Positions 38,916 through 51,409 of a stretch of 64,000 nt of DNA are shown piece after piece. Made by a program: the position numbers and the translations under genes. Location: assembly GCA_963693365.1 (NCBI GenBank), contig CAVNZM010000001.1, forward strand, positions 504,097-568,096. Reading direction: 5' to 3'. Under the pieces are notes generated by a model. The model made no database searches. It saw only the letters and a program-made list of their open reading frames with translations, and was not told the DNA's origin. Numbering within the stretch: the first letter of the stretch is position 1; the number at the start of each line of letters is the position of its first letter. The DNA comes from Amoebidium appalachense. Its lineage: Eukaryota; Protista; Ichthyosporea.

Positions 38916-39077
38916 ACTCTGTTGGTGAAAACATACTTGTTTCCTTTCACCTAAAATAAAGAAAACTACTTTGAACTTACTGGTACATAAACTTCACAAA
39001 CTCACAACTATAAATACTTAGTCTTCAGAACATATTTCTTTACAGAAATATTTATCTAAATACACGTATTTACATTT

Positions 39078-39144
39078 CAGAGATGTGCTGATGAGCACTC
39101 GTCGACTACTCGCCGAGAAGCGAAACCGATATTCATTATCTCTG
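39078..39144 (+). ncRNA. Degenerate minimal type I hammerhead ribozyme motif
   Basis: CTGATGA (39088-94), stem II GC..CTCG/CGAG..GC, GAAAC, then CGATA where CGGTA is expected. Distal stem I is CAGAGAT/ATCTCTG; proximal stem I is imperfect. Confidence 0.5.
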
Positions 39145-39215
39145 CAAAACAATATAGTCACCAATTATAAGCTCAGGAAATATATAGGTATCAGCCAAAA
39201 AGAGGGGTGATAACA

Positions 39216-39452
39216 TCGTATTCGTACTGAAAATCAAAATCAAGTGAGCTTTTACCCTTTTGTTCTACATGAGATTTCTGTTCTCATTGAGCTCACCTTA
39301 GGACACCTGCGTTATCGTTTAACAGATGTGCCGCCCCAGCCAAACTCCCCACCTGACAATGTCTTAAACTCGGATCGCACCGCGAAGGTGCTTAAAGCTA
39401 GAATGTGGGCTTTGACACCCAATTCCGCTTAATTTAATAAGTAAAAATAACA
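39216..39452 (-). rRNA. Isolated ~235-bp eukaryotic LSU (28S) rRNA fragment
   Basis: The reverse complement contains the conserved stretch gtcaggtggggagtttggctggggcggcacatctgttaaacgataacgcaggtgtcctaag...gaacaaaagggtaaaagc..cttgattttgattttcagtacgaatac. The flanks are not rDNA. Confidence 0.92.
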
Positions 39453-41307
39453 TCGCTACAAACTCAGCCAGTCCGAAAAGCCATTATGCTGACGGGCGGT
39501 CGCTCCACAATATGCTAAATTGAAGCATCTAACACCAACTAGAAGTGACAACGAAGTCTTATGTGCACAACACAGCACACCATGCACATTAGCGATCCTG
39601 CATGCATCTTTTACAGCCTGAAAGGTTATGTTTTACACTATTATTGGTTCAGATGTTGTAGCCCTTCGGTCCGTCAGGGAATTCGATTTTCCGAAAAAGC
39701 GTTCCTGTGTCGTTCAACAGGGTCACGGTGGCACCGGCGCTGCAGCCTGTGCCAGGCAGCTGCAGGGCAAGCGCATGCGCAGCTGCAGCCGCTGACTGGG
39801 GCATATCAACTTTTGTTTTCTTGGTCAGGTACGCACAGCTGTTTGCGAACTCACACATCCAAGGCAGTACCGGGTATCATGCCATTGAATACACTTTCCG
39901 GCTCTGACAGCCTGGGTCAAGAAAAATGCATATGATTATGACAGACTGAGTCATGGGTGTGTGTGTGTGTGTGTGTGTGTACACATGCATGTGTGTGTGT
40001 GTGTGTGTGTGTGTGATGAGTGTGTGTGTGTGCGTGCACGTGTGTGCGTATGCGTGCCAGATATTTGTGTGTGTGTGCGTGTGCCACGGTGTACATGTGT
40101 GTGTGTGTGTGTGTGTGTGCGTGTGTGCGTGTGTGCGTGTGTGTGTACATGTGTGTGTGTGTGTTTGTGTGTCATGTATACGTGTCTATGACAGATAGAG
40201 AGTGTACACTATCTGTATGTGTCTGAATGTGTGTAGTGTTTGTGTCTGTGTGCGCAGTATGTCATCATTGTGCTGATATACCCCAGTAATGCATTCTGTG
40301 TGCATCTAGTTGTGTGTGCACGGTATCAGTTAAACGTTTTCCGGTGTTGTTTCAAAATCTTCAGGCCCCTGTAGAGGCAGGCGCGCCCCCGCTATTGTAG
40401 GGGGCGCGCAGAACCATGCCATCGGAACTTTCTAGTATCGATATCATACGTCACCCCGGACCTGGCGCCGGCTGTTCTTGCAAGCATCCATCCCACTGGC
40501 AAAGCCACGTGATGTCTAGGCTACAAACATTTCCCAGGTCACACTGCAAGGAAGACATCCGTAACTACTCCAGGGACAGAGCCCGCCCAAAACCCCATCA
40601 CTCAAGCAGTACATGAGGGTTCTAAAGAGCAATACAGAACATGTAAGACTGCAAGTCTGCCGTAGTGGGCGCGGCGACAGGAGTTACGCCCAAAAGGAAA
40701 ACAAGCAGCCAAACAAGGTTGCCTAGCTGTAACGGGGGATACAAAAGGAACCAACAGTCACTTCTGGTTGAGCCTGTTTGAACAACTACTGCCTCCTGCC
40801 TTTCTGGCCAGAGTACAGGCCAGGTGCATGCCAACTCCCAAGGACGCTTTGGTGCATCAGCTACGTTGTCAGCCTCTTTAAGGTACAATGCTTTCTTTCT
40901 TTGAAGAGCTGTTATTGCCACGTTTATGAAATGGCTTAGGAAGTATACATGCTGTCTGTCAAAGACAAGCACAAAGCAAACACACACTGAAGTCCACGCA
41001 AACAGCAATATGCATACACTTGCACGCACACACACACACACACACACACGGCCATCCACGACACACACACGCACGCACATAAACGCACACACACACGTGC
41101 GCGCTAGCACATCCACACGCACATGAACACACACGCGCGCATACCCACACCCACACACGCAGATACACACACCCACACCCACATGCACATGCAACACACA
41201 CACGCACACATTCACACACACGCACACGCACGCACACAAACACACACAAGCACAAGCACACACCCACACATGCACGCACACGCGCATGCGCACGCACGCG
41301 CACGCAC

Positions 41308-41385
<78 letters not shown>

Positions 41386-41985
41386 TCACACACACGCACA
41401 TGCACGCACGCAGACACACACAAGCACAAGCACACACACACATACGCACGTGCACGCGCACGCACACGCGCACGCACACGCACAGAAGACCTTTCCTTAT
41501 TTTTTGCCTAAGGGTCTTCCTTCAGAACTATTTTCTCCTTACTTCGTTGCTGAACTGGATTTTTTTTTGTTGGAACTGGGCCTTCTTCTTTTCACGTTTG
41601 CTTCTTTGCTTGTTTACTTTGTGCCGCCCCCCCTCCCCCCCCCCCTCCCCCCCCCCCCCCCGGGGGGACTCACTGTTCTTTTTTTTTTTTTGCCTGGTTG
41701 CTTCTAAGCTTCATTCCCTCCATACAACCCCCCCCCCCCCCCCCCCCCGCCTCCCCCTTCCCCCACCTTTTCCCCACACACCTTCCCCCTCCTCTTTGGG
41801 CTCATTCACTTGTTGCTTTCTCGTTTCTTTGCTTCTTGCCTCATTGTTTCCACACAACCTGACGCCCCCTTCTCCCCCCCCCCTCCCTCTTATCTCTATC
41901 TTCCTCGTAGGCACTTGTTCATTCTTGGGTTCTTTGCTTCTTTGCTTCTCTGCCTCATTGTTTCCATATATCCCCCCCTCCCCAC

Positions 41986-42024
<39 letters not shown>

Positions 42025-42148
42025 GGAGACTCACCCATTCGTTGCTTCTTTACTTCTTTTCTTCTTTGCTTTATTGCTTCTCCACTCCCCCTTCCCTCCC
42101 CCTCCCCCTTTTGACCGCATTGATGTCTTTGTAGATTTTCAGTTTACT

Positions 42149-42655
42149 CGCCACCACATAGATGTTTTAATCTCCCTTCATAATCCTCGCATTCTCTCCC
42201 ACCTCTATTTAGAAGATTGTGATTTCGGTCTATATCCCAAGACCAGCCTTCAACTCAACCCTGCCCGTTCCTCCCCCTCTGTCCCCTACCTCGACTTGCA
42301 TATCACCTGCACTAATCACGGCATTCACACAACCATCTACAACAAGCTCGACACACCCACATTCAATACACTAGACATCGTTCGTTTCCCACACCACGAC
42401 TCATTCATCTCCCGCACTGCAAAATACGGCATCATGACAAGTCAAATGCATAGCTACCAGCGCAAGTGCTCCACACTTGCTGCATTCACCACATGCACTG
42501 CACGACTTGCTAAAGCATTGCTTAACAAAGGCTACTTGTTTAGACTCTTGCACCACAAAATGCACAGCTTTCTCGCCACACACCCGCACATATACGGTGG
42601 CGTTCACTCCTCTCACATACTCTCCATCATCACTAGAAAGATCAACACTCCCTAG
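42149..42655 (+). pseudogene. Penelope-like element RT C-terminal fragment (Naiad/Chlamys-like, no C-terminal GIY-YIG)
   Basis: RHHIDVLISLHNP (decayed RYIDD), VPYLDLHI, TTIYNKLD, IVRFPHHDSFIS, YGIMTSQMHSYQRKCS and LLNKGY, then a stop. Confidence 0.75.
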
Positions 42656-42761
42656 TCCCCCACTCTATCCCGACCCCCCCCCCCCCCCTACCAGCCCCCT
42701 ACACCTCCCCCCCCCCCCCCCCCCCCCTCTCCCTCCCTCTCTCTCTCCCTCTCTCTCTCCC

Positions 42762-42801
<40 letters not shown>

Positions 42802-42823
42802 CGCTCGCTCTCTCGCTCTCTCG

Positions 42824-42896
<73 letters not shown>

Positions 42897-42960
42897 CCCC
42901 CCCCCTCTCCCTCTTTCGTCTCTCTCTCGTTCTCTCCCTCCCTCTCTCTCTCTCTCCCTC

Positions 42961-43003
<43 letters not shown>

Positions 43004-43158
43004 TCCCCCGCTCCTTTTCCCAAACAATTCCCCCGCCGTTCTTCTTTCTCAGCCGGCTAGGTTTTTGGGTTGCCTGGTAAGTTTTGAAATGGAGCTCTCG
43101 TCTCTGATCTGTCCACCACAGGTTTTTTTTTTATTTTTTATTTTTTTTATTCTTCTCC

Positions 43159-43195
<37 letters not shown>

Positions 43196-43495
43196 TTTCC
43201 CCCTCCCTCCCTCCCCTCCCTTCGCCCTTCGCCCTTCCCCGGCCTACTCCCCCCCCCCCTCTCCCCCCCCCCCTTCCCCTCCTACCTTCTTTCCCCCCCC
43301 CCCCCCCTGGCCAAACCCTGTATACACTCTTCTCTTCCGCAGGTCTCTAACCCACTCTGCAGAACGTTTTAAGCATTTTTCCCCTTGGAGAACTTGGTCG
43401 TTGGTTCGTTTTTGTCTGATATCTAACGACTCTGCAGGGTTTTCTGAGACTACTGACACTCTAACATTCCCCCCCTCTCTTGCTTCCCCCCCCCC

Positions 43496-43545
<50 letters not shown>

Positions 43546-43546
43546 T

Positions 43547-43676
43547 TGGGCCCTCCCTGAGGATGGGCTCTGCTTATGACGCATACTGTGCGCATGGCTG
43601 ATGTTGCATACTTGAATGTTTGCCTTTGCATGTGTCCTTCGTGTATGCGTACTTCGTACCGTGTTCCGCATTCAAA
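43547..43676 (+). repeat. 3' partial copy of the pLTR-like unit (subfamily 2)
   Basis: tgggccctccctgaggatgggctc...gcattcaaa, flanked by poly-C. Confidence 0.75.
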
Positions 43677-43891
43677 CCCCCCCCCCCCCCCCCCCTTTCC
43701 CTCCTCCTTCCCCTCCGATTTTCTCTGCACACTCAACAGGTCTTAACCAGCTCTGCACATCGTTAGTCACAATCTTCTCTCATATATGAGAGAATGATCG
43801 TATTGGTACGATTTGTCTAATATCTGACGATTCTGCAGCATCCCTAAGACCCCCCTCCCCCTCCCCTCCTCCCCCCCCCCCCCCCCCCCCC

Positions 43892-43936
<45 letters not shown>

Positions 43937-44183
43937 TTTTTTTTTTTTTTTTTGGCGCCTGTTGTTTTGCTTGTCATCTGTTGTTCTGGTTGATTACCTG
44001 TAATCTTCGCTTATCTATGTGTGTGTGTGTGTGTGTGTATGTTGTGCGCGGTTGCACACACCGGTGTCTACTTTTCTTCCTACTGTTTTTCTCTCTCCAC
44101 ACACTTCATCTGTCCACTTCTGCATACCCCCTCTCATAGCCATAGACACACTTCACACATTGCGTTACGCTCAAGCATGCACA

Positions 44184-44845
44184 CACCGCTCTGTTGGCGA
44201 CAGCTCCCTTGGAACCCATGCGGCATGTTACCCGCCGGCGTAACATAACTCCGACTATCGATTTGGCTTTTTTCAAGCCCAAAGCAATGGGTGATACCAT
44301 ATTTCCGGCTGACATCCGGGGGCATAGCTTTCCGTTCGAAGACGTTAAAGTTCCGCCCTAGTAAGCGTGTTACTACCCTGCGGGGTGGGTCAAATCTCAT
44401 ATTTTCCCCTCTGATTGCGAATTCTCCGGCCTTCAGGACTTAATTCTTTTCAGCTGGTGTAGTGTGTTAGCCAGGGAAGTATCGACTTAGGTAGCGACTG
44501 GGGAGCTTCCTAGATGCCCCGTCTCCTGAGTTCCTATCTATATTTTTCTTGCTTCTGCTTACTGCTGCAACTTTAAGCCCCGGCCTTTCCCACTGCCCTT
44601 GCCTGCATAAGCAACCCTGCTCGTCTCTGATCAAGACGGGTGACCTACCCATGTTCAAGTGAAACAGTATCTGAGTTGGGTTTCGTTAATGAGGTGAATA
44701 GGTCGAAATTCGGGTACTGTGGATGACGTGGCCCCCCCCTGAGCATGGGCTCTGCTTATTATGCATACTCTTTATGTATGGCTTGCATTCTGCATCGTGT
44801 TATCCGTTTGTTCTCGTGTACTTCGTACTTTTTGACGCATTCAAA
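44184..44845 (+). mobile_element. pLTR-like structured repeat (subfamily 1)
   Basis: Near-identical to 18661-19225; ends gcattcaaa(C)n. Confidence 0.75.
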
Positions 44846-45090
44846 CCCCCTCCCCCTTTTGTCTCCCCCGTAGGCCCGTAGGGACCTGTTTATACGTTGT
44901 TTGTTTGCTTGTTTGCTTCTTTGATTCTTTGCTTCTTTGCTTCTTTGCCTCTTTTCTTCCTTGCTTCCATATGTCTCTCTCTCTCTCTCTCTCTCCCCCC
45001 CCCCCCCCCCCCCCTCCCCCCCCCCCCCCCCCCCCCCCCACGGGGAATCATTGTTCTGTTGCTTTTTTGCTTCTATGCTTCGTTGCTTGC

Positions 45091-45130
<40 letters not shown>

Positions 45131-45311
45131 CTCCCCGGTACCCCAACACTCGGGGACTCATTCATTCTTTGTTTCTTTGCTTCTTTGCTTCCTTGCTTCT
45201 TTGGTTCTTCGCTTCCTTACTCCATTGCTTCTTTGCTTCTTTCCTTCTTTGCTTCTTTCCTTCTTTGCTTCGTTGGGGTTGGTTGCTTTTTTTTCATTGT
45301 TTCTAAATACC

Positions 45312-45345
<34 letters not shown>

Positions 45346-46279
45346 TTCTTCCCTTGTGGGACTTGTTCATTTGTTGCTTCTTTTTTTCTTTGCTTCTTTG
45401 CTTCTTCATTTCTGTGCCCCCCCCCCTCTCCCCCCCCCCCCCCCCCCCCCTCCCCCGCCCCATCCAGCCCACCCGGGGCTCAATCATTCGTTGCTTCTTT
45501 GCTTCTTTGCTTACATGCCCCCTCCCCCCCCCCCCCCCCCCCCCCCCCCCCAACACACACACACACACCTCTGTGAATCATCACATTCCTCCTTTGCTTC
45601 TTTGCCTCATTACTTCTTTGGATATTTGCTTCTTCGTTGTTTTTTGCTTCCAGTCAACCCCCCCCCCCCCCCCCCCCCCTCGCCCGATCCCTCTATACAT
45701 TTGTTCGTTGCTTCTTTGCTTTTTTCTTCGTTGCATACATACAACCCTTCCCCCCCCCCCTGCCCCCACCGTTCTGGGACTGATTCATTCGTTTCTTCGC
45801 TGCTTCTTTGATTCGTTGCTTCTTTTCTTCTTTGCTTCTTTGCCTCTTTGCTTCCTTGCTTCCTTGCTTCCTTGCTTCCTTGCTTCCTTGTTTCGTTGCT
45901 TCTATAAACCCCCCCCCCCCCCCCCCCCTCCCCCCCCCCTTCCCTCCCCTCCCCCTCCCTCCCCTCCCCTCCCCCCACTCCCCCCCCCCCCCCTTCCCCC
46001 GCTTCTCCTTTCCCCGTAGGGACTTGTTCATTCGTTGCTTCTTTGCTTCTTTGCCCCCCTGTACTACCCCCCCCCCCCCCCCCCCCCCCCCCCGGGGGAC
46101 TCACCCGTTCGTTGCTTCAATTCTTCTTTGCCTTTTTGCTTCTTGGCTTCCGTGCCCCCCCCCCCCCCCCCCCTCCCCCCCCCCCCCCCCCCGTTACCCC
46201 AACCCTCGGGGACTTCATTCTGTTTCTTCTTTGCTTCTTCGTTGGGGTGGGTTGCTTCTTTGTTTGATTGTTTCCGAAA

Positions 46280-46323
<44 letters not shown>

Positions 46324-46394
46324 ACCCACCCTTTTTTTTTCTTTTGTGGAACTTGTTCATTTGTTGCTTCTTTGCTTCTTTGCTTCTTTATTTC

Positions 46395-46428
<34 letters not shown>

Positions 46429-46608
46429 ACCACCACCACACACACACACACACATACACATACACACGCACACCTCGGGGACTCATTGATTCGTTGCTTC
46501 TTTGCTTCTTTGCTTTGTTTGCTTCTTTGCTTCTTTGCCTCTTTGCTTCTTTGCTTCTTCGTTGGGTTGGGTTGCTTCTTTGTTTCATTGTTTCTGAAAA
46601 TCTTCTCT

Positions 46609-46653
<45 letters not shown>

Positions 46654-46860
46654 ACACCACCACCACCCTTTTCTTTCTTTTGTGGGACTATTTCATTTGT
46701 TGCTTCTTTGCTTCTTTGCGTCTTTATTTCTGTCCTCCCCCCCCCCCCCCCCCCCCCCCCTCCCCACCTCCCCCCCCCCCAACCCCACCTCAGGAATCAA
46801 TCATTCGTTGCCTCTTTGCTTCTTTGCTTACGTGCCTCCCCCCCCCCCCCCCCCCCCCAA

Positions 46861-47370
46861 ATGTTGTCTACTTGAATGTTTGCCTTTGCATGTGTCCTTC
46901 GTGTATGCGTACTTCGTACCGTGTTCCGCATTCAAACCCCCCCAGTCTTCTTTCAGAGGTGTCCTTTCAGGACAGACCGCTGTGTGGAGATCGCTTTACT
47001 TCCATGCAACCGGGCATGGTTGCTCTGTGTCGTGCATCTGTAAGCACATACGCATTTTTCGCTGCACTGCTTTAGTTTGCACACGCGTATTCACCGTTTT
47101 GCTCACCTTGCTTGCATAAGCAACTCTGCCCGTCTTTGATCAAGACGGGTTGACCCTCCCAAGTTCAGTTGATGCTGCTGTTTGAGTTGGAGAGTCGTAT
47201 ATACGCGGGCTAAGGGGTCGAAACTCAGACGCAATTGATGACATGGGCCCTCCCTGAGGATGGGCTCTGCTTATGACGCATACTGTGCGCATGGCTATGT
47301 TGCATACTTGAATGTTTGCCTTTGCATGTGTCCTTCGTGTATGCGTACTTCTACCGTGTTCTGCATCCAA
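46861..47370 (+). mobile_element. Partial-tandem pLTR-like repeat (subfamily 2): 3' tail 46861-46936 plus full unit 46944-47370
   Basis: The unit's 3' end is duplicated in front of the unit, separated by C7, which is the partial-tandem layout typical of Penelope-like insertions. Confidence 0.7.
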
Positions 47371-47376
47371 CCCCCC

Positions 47377-47413
<37 letters not shown>

Positions 47414-47611
47414 ACGCACACACACACACTCACTCACACACCTCGGGGACTCATTGATTCGTTGTTTTATTGCTTTCTTGCTTCATTGCTTCATTGATTC
47501 CTTGCTTCTTTTCTTCTTTGCTTTCTTGCTTCTTTGCTTCTTTGCTTATTGCTTCTTTGCTTCTTTGGTTTTTTGCGTCTTTTTCGCTTCCACCACCCCC
47601 CCCCCCCCCCC

Positions 47612-47652
<41 letters not shown>

Positions 47653-47867
47653 TTTTTCCGGGGGCTCATTCATTCATTGGTCCTTTGCTTTTTGTATTGC
47701 TGCTTACGTGCCCCCCTCTGCCCCCCCCCCCTCCCCCCCCCCCCCCCCCCCCCCTCCCCTCCCCCCCTCTCCACACACATACACACATACATCTTGGGAC
47801 TCAATGATACGTTTCTTTTTTGCTTCTTTGGTTCTTGGCTTCTTTGTATGTATCTTTTTGCTTCCAT

Positions 47868-47910
<43 letters not shown>

Positions 47911-48288
47911 TTCCCCCCGCCCCCTCCCCCCACCCCTCGGGACTCATTCATTCTATACTTCTTTGCTTCGTTGCTTCTTTGCTTCTTTGCTTCTTTGCTT
48001 TTTTGCTTCGTTGCATACATCCCCCCCCCCCCCCCCCCCCCCCCCCCTCTCCGGGGACACTCACTCATTTTCTTGCTTCTTTGCTTCTTTTCTTCTTTGC
48101 TTCTTTGCTTCTTTGCTTGTTTGTGTCTATTTTGCTTCCATACCCCTACCCCCCCACACACACACCCCTTCCCCTCTCCCCTCACCTTCCTGCCCCCCTC
48201 TCACCAACCCTTGAGATTCATTCATTCTTTCCTTCGTTGCTTCTTCTTTGCTTCTTTGTTTCGTTGCATACTTCTCCCCCTCCATCCC

Positions 48289-48798
48289 CCTGCACCATTG
48301 CTTCTCATCGTGTATGCGTACTTCGTACCGTGTTCCGCATTCAAACCCCCCCCAGTCTTCTTTCAGAGGTGTCCTTTCAGGACAGACCACTCTGTGGAGA
48401 CCGCTTTACTTCCATGCACCCGGGCACGGTTGCTCTCTGTCGTGCATCTGTAAGCACATACGCATTTTTTGCTGCACTGCTTTAGTTTGCACACACATCT
48501 TCACCGTTTTGCTCACCTTGCTTGCATAAGCAACCCTGCTCGTCTTTGATCAAGACGGGTTGACCCTCCCAAATTCAGTTGATGCTGCTGTCTGAGTTGG
48601 AGAGTCGTATATACGCGGGCTAAGGGGTCGAAACTCGGACGCAATTGATGACTTGGGTTCTCCGTGAGGATGGGCTCTGCTTATGACGCATACGGTGCGC
48701 ATGGCTGATGTTGCATACTTGAATGTTTGCCTTTGCATGTGTCCTGCACCATGCTTGTCATCGTGTATGCGTACTTCGTATCGTGTTCCGCATTCAAA
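48289..48798 (+). mobile_element. Partial-tandem pLTR-like repeat (subfamily 2): tail 48289-48345 plus full unit 48354-48798
   Basis: Same layout as, and high identity to, 46861-47370. Confidence 0.7.
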
Positions 48799-48907
48799 CC
48801 CCCCCCCCCCCTCTTCCCCGTGTACACCCACTCATTCCTTGCTTATTTGCTACTTTCCTTCTTTGCTCCTTTCGTTCTTTGCTTCTTTGTATCTTTTTTG
48901 CTTCCAT

Positions 48908-48946
<39 letters not shown>

Positions 48947-48983
48947 CCCCCTTTGCTTCTTTGTATCTATTTTGCTTCCATAT

Positions 48984-49014
<31 letters not shown>

Positions 49015-49066
49015 TTCACCTTCCTCCCCCCTTTTACGGCTTTGCAACACACATACAAATGTGGTG

Positions 49067-49101
<35 letters not shown>

Positions 49102-49148
49102 ATGCACACACGCACGCACACGCCCACGCCCACGCCCACGCACGCACG

Positions 49149-49254
<106 letters not shown>

Positions 49255-49788
49255 CACACACACATGCTCACACACACACACACACACACTTGCTCACATG
49301 CACATGCAAACACACACACACACACACACACACATGCTCTCACACACACTCACACACATACTCACACACACAACACACACACTGAAAGCTTCTTGGACAT
49401 TTACAGCCATGGCTCACATGTGGGACTGTTTACGCGCGCAGTTTCCTGAATGCGTGCAAAGTGGTTTGGTTTGCTTTGTCTTGCTGTCATGGCTATCTCG
49501 CTGGCAGTTGCTTGTTGTTTTGTTTCTGTAGATCTAGCTGATGGTCATGTAGTGGATGACAATAACATAAAGGGGTCACGATGTCTTTCATCTGTACGTG
49601 TATGTGATGCATATGGGGGCCACACGTCGTGTTTCCGGATCGGCAAATAAAGTACAATAATCCGTGTGTGTGTACAGTCACCTCTCGTTATAGTCCCTCC
49701 CTCCCCCTCCCCCCCCCCCCCCCCCCCCCCCCCCCTTCCCCCACCCACCCAAACACACACACCGCATGTGACCACCCCTGCACACAAC

Positions 49789-49846
<58 letters not shown>

Positions 49847-49909
49847 CACCCCTGCACACAACCTCATATATATATGTATATACATATATATATATGGACT
49901 TCGTCCTCT

Positions 49910-49915
49910 CCAAAA

Positions 49916-49946
<31 letters not shown>

Positions 49947-50043
49947 GCCTTTTCAAACCACCCCCACACACACATACCCACCACCACCACCACACCTGCG
50001 CCTTTCCCCAACAACCACATCGCTCGCGCGCGCACACACACGT

Positions 50044-50079
<36 letters not shown>

Positions 50080-50127
50080 GCGCCTTTCCCCAACAACCAC
50101 ATCGCTCGCGCGCGCACACACACACGT

Positions 50128-50159
<32 letters not shown>

Positions 50160-50340
50160 GTGCGCGCGCGCACACACACACACGCACATTCTAACTATAA
50201 CCTCATTTTAGTAATTAATGTTGCTGCTCTCTTTGCATAATTCATAGCACGCCATCTTCGCAACATCACCTCATGTTTTCGTTGCCCCCCTCCCCCCACC
50301 CCCCCCCCCCTCCTCCCCCCTTCGTGACCTTCACACACAA

Positions 50341-50382
<42 letters not shown>

Positions 50383-50675
50383 GGTCACGAAGGGGGGGGA
50401 AGGGGGGGGGGGGGGGGGGGGGGGCAACGAAAACAGGAGGTAATGTTGCGAAGATGGCGTGCTATGAATTATGCAAAGAGAGCATCAACATTAATTACTA
50501 AAGTGAGGTTATAGTTCTAACACGTACTGACGTGTTGCCGCACGTGCGACGTTTTAACATCTACTCAGGCGGTCCCTTTTAAGTAAAAAAAAAAAAAAAA
50601 AAAAAAAAAAGAAAGGAGACACCGCCTCAGTAGGTGGTAGGTTATAGTTAGAATGTGTGTGTGTGTGCGCGCGCA

Positions 50676-50720
<45 letters not shown>

Positions 50721-50835
50721 ACGTGTGTGCCCGCGCGCGAGCGATGTGGTTGTTGCGGAAAGGCGCAGGTGTGGTGGTGGTGGTGGGTATGTGTGTGTGG
50801 GGGGGGGAGGGGGGGGGGGGGGAGTGGATTTTTGG
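49910..50835. repeat. Long near-perfect inverted duplication centred at ~50343
   Basis: 50189-50340 is mirrored at 50345-50655 (e.g. gcataattcatagcacgccatcttcgcaacat / atgttgcgaagatggcgtgctatgaattatgc). The outer arms share cacctgcgcctttcc..aacaaccacatcgctcgcgcg. Confidence 0.85.
50517..50640. mobile_element. Second copy of the short CTAAC...GGTAG element, 9-bp TSD GTTATAGTT
   Basis: TSD at 50508-50516 and 50641-50649; the opposite palindrome arm shows the empty site with a single copy of the TSD. Confidence 0.85.
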
Positions 50836-51132
50836 GGGGTATGAGGAAGTGCCCGTAAAAAGGTTGGGTGGTTAGGTGTGTCTGTGTGTGTGCAGTGGGG
50901 GGGGGTGGTGGACGGATGACGAAGAGCCCGACGTCGTGCATAGCTGTGTTTTGTAAGGTGGTGGGGGTGGGAGGGTAACTGGTCTCAATGAGCGGAGAGA
51001 GGGGGGTGGGGGGAGGTGAGAGCGAGAGGGAGAGGGAGGGGAGGGAGAGAGAAAGAGAGAAAATGAAGGGGCGCACGAGAGAGCGGCAGAGAGGGCGGGG
51101 GGAAGGGGAGCGAGAAAGAGAGAAGGCGAGAG

Positions 51133-51329
<197 letters not shown>

Positions 51330-51376
51330 TGAGAGAAACAGAGAGAAAGAGAGTGAGAGAGAGAGAGGGAGAGAGG

Positions 51377-51409
<33 letters not shown>

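Larger units (their letters stand above)
41500..49030. repeat. Low-complexity array of (TTGCTTCT)n blocks alternating with poly-C
   Basis: Many ttgcttct octamers with recurring gggactcattcattc / acttgttcatt spacers, interleaved with the PLE-like units. Confidence 0.8.

Noticed and set aside
39649-40920. Short minus-strand coding-like stretches (39649-39858, ~40630-40920)
   Set aside because: No recognisable motifs, and I could not build a consistent spliced model.
43077-43121. 45-nt GTAAGT...CACAG mini-intron downstream of the PLE RT
   Set aside because: Single occurrence with no exon context to test.
47238-47280. ATGA...hairpin...TGA as a SECIS element
   Set aside because: No apical AA, the core geometry is unconvincing, and no in-frame UGA ORF is linked.
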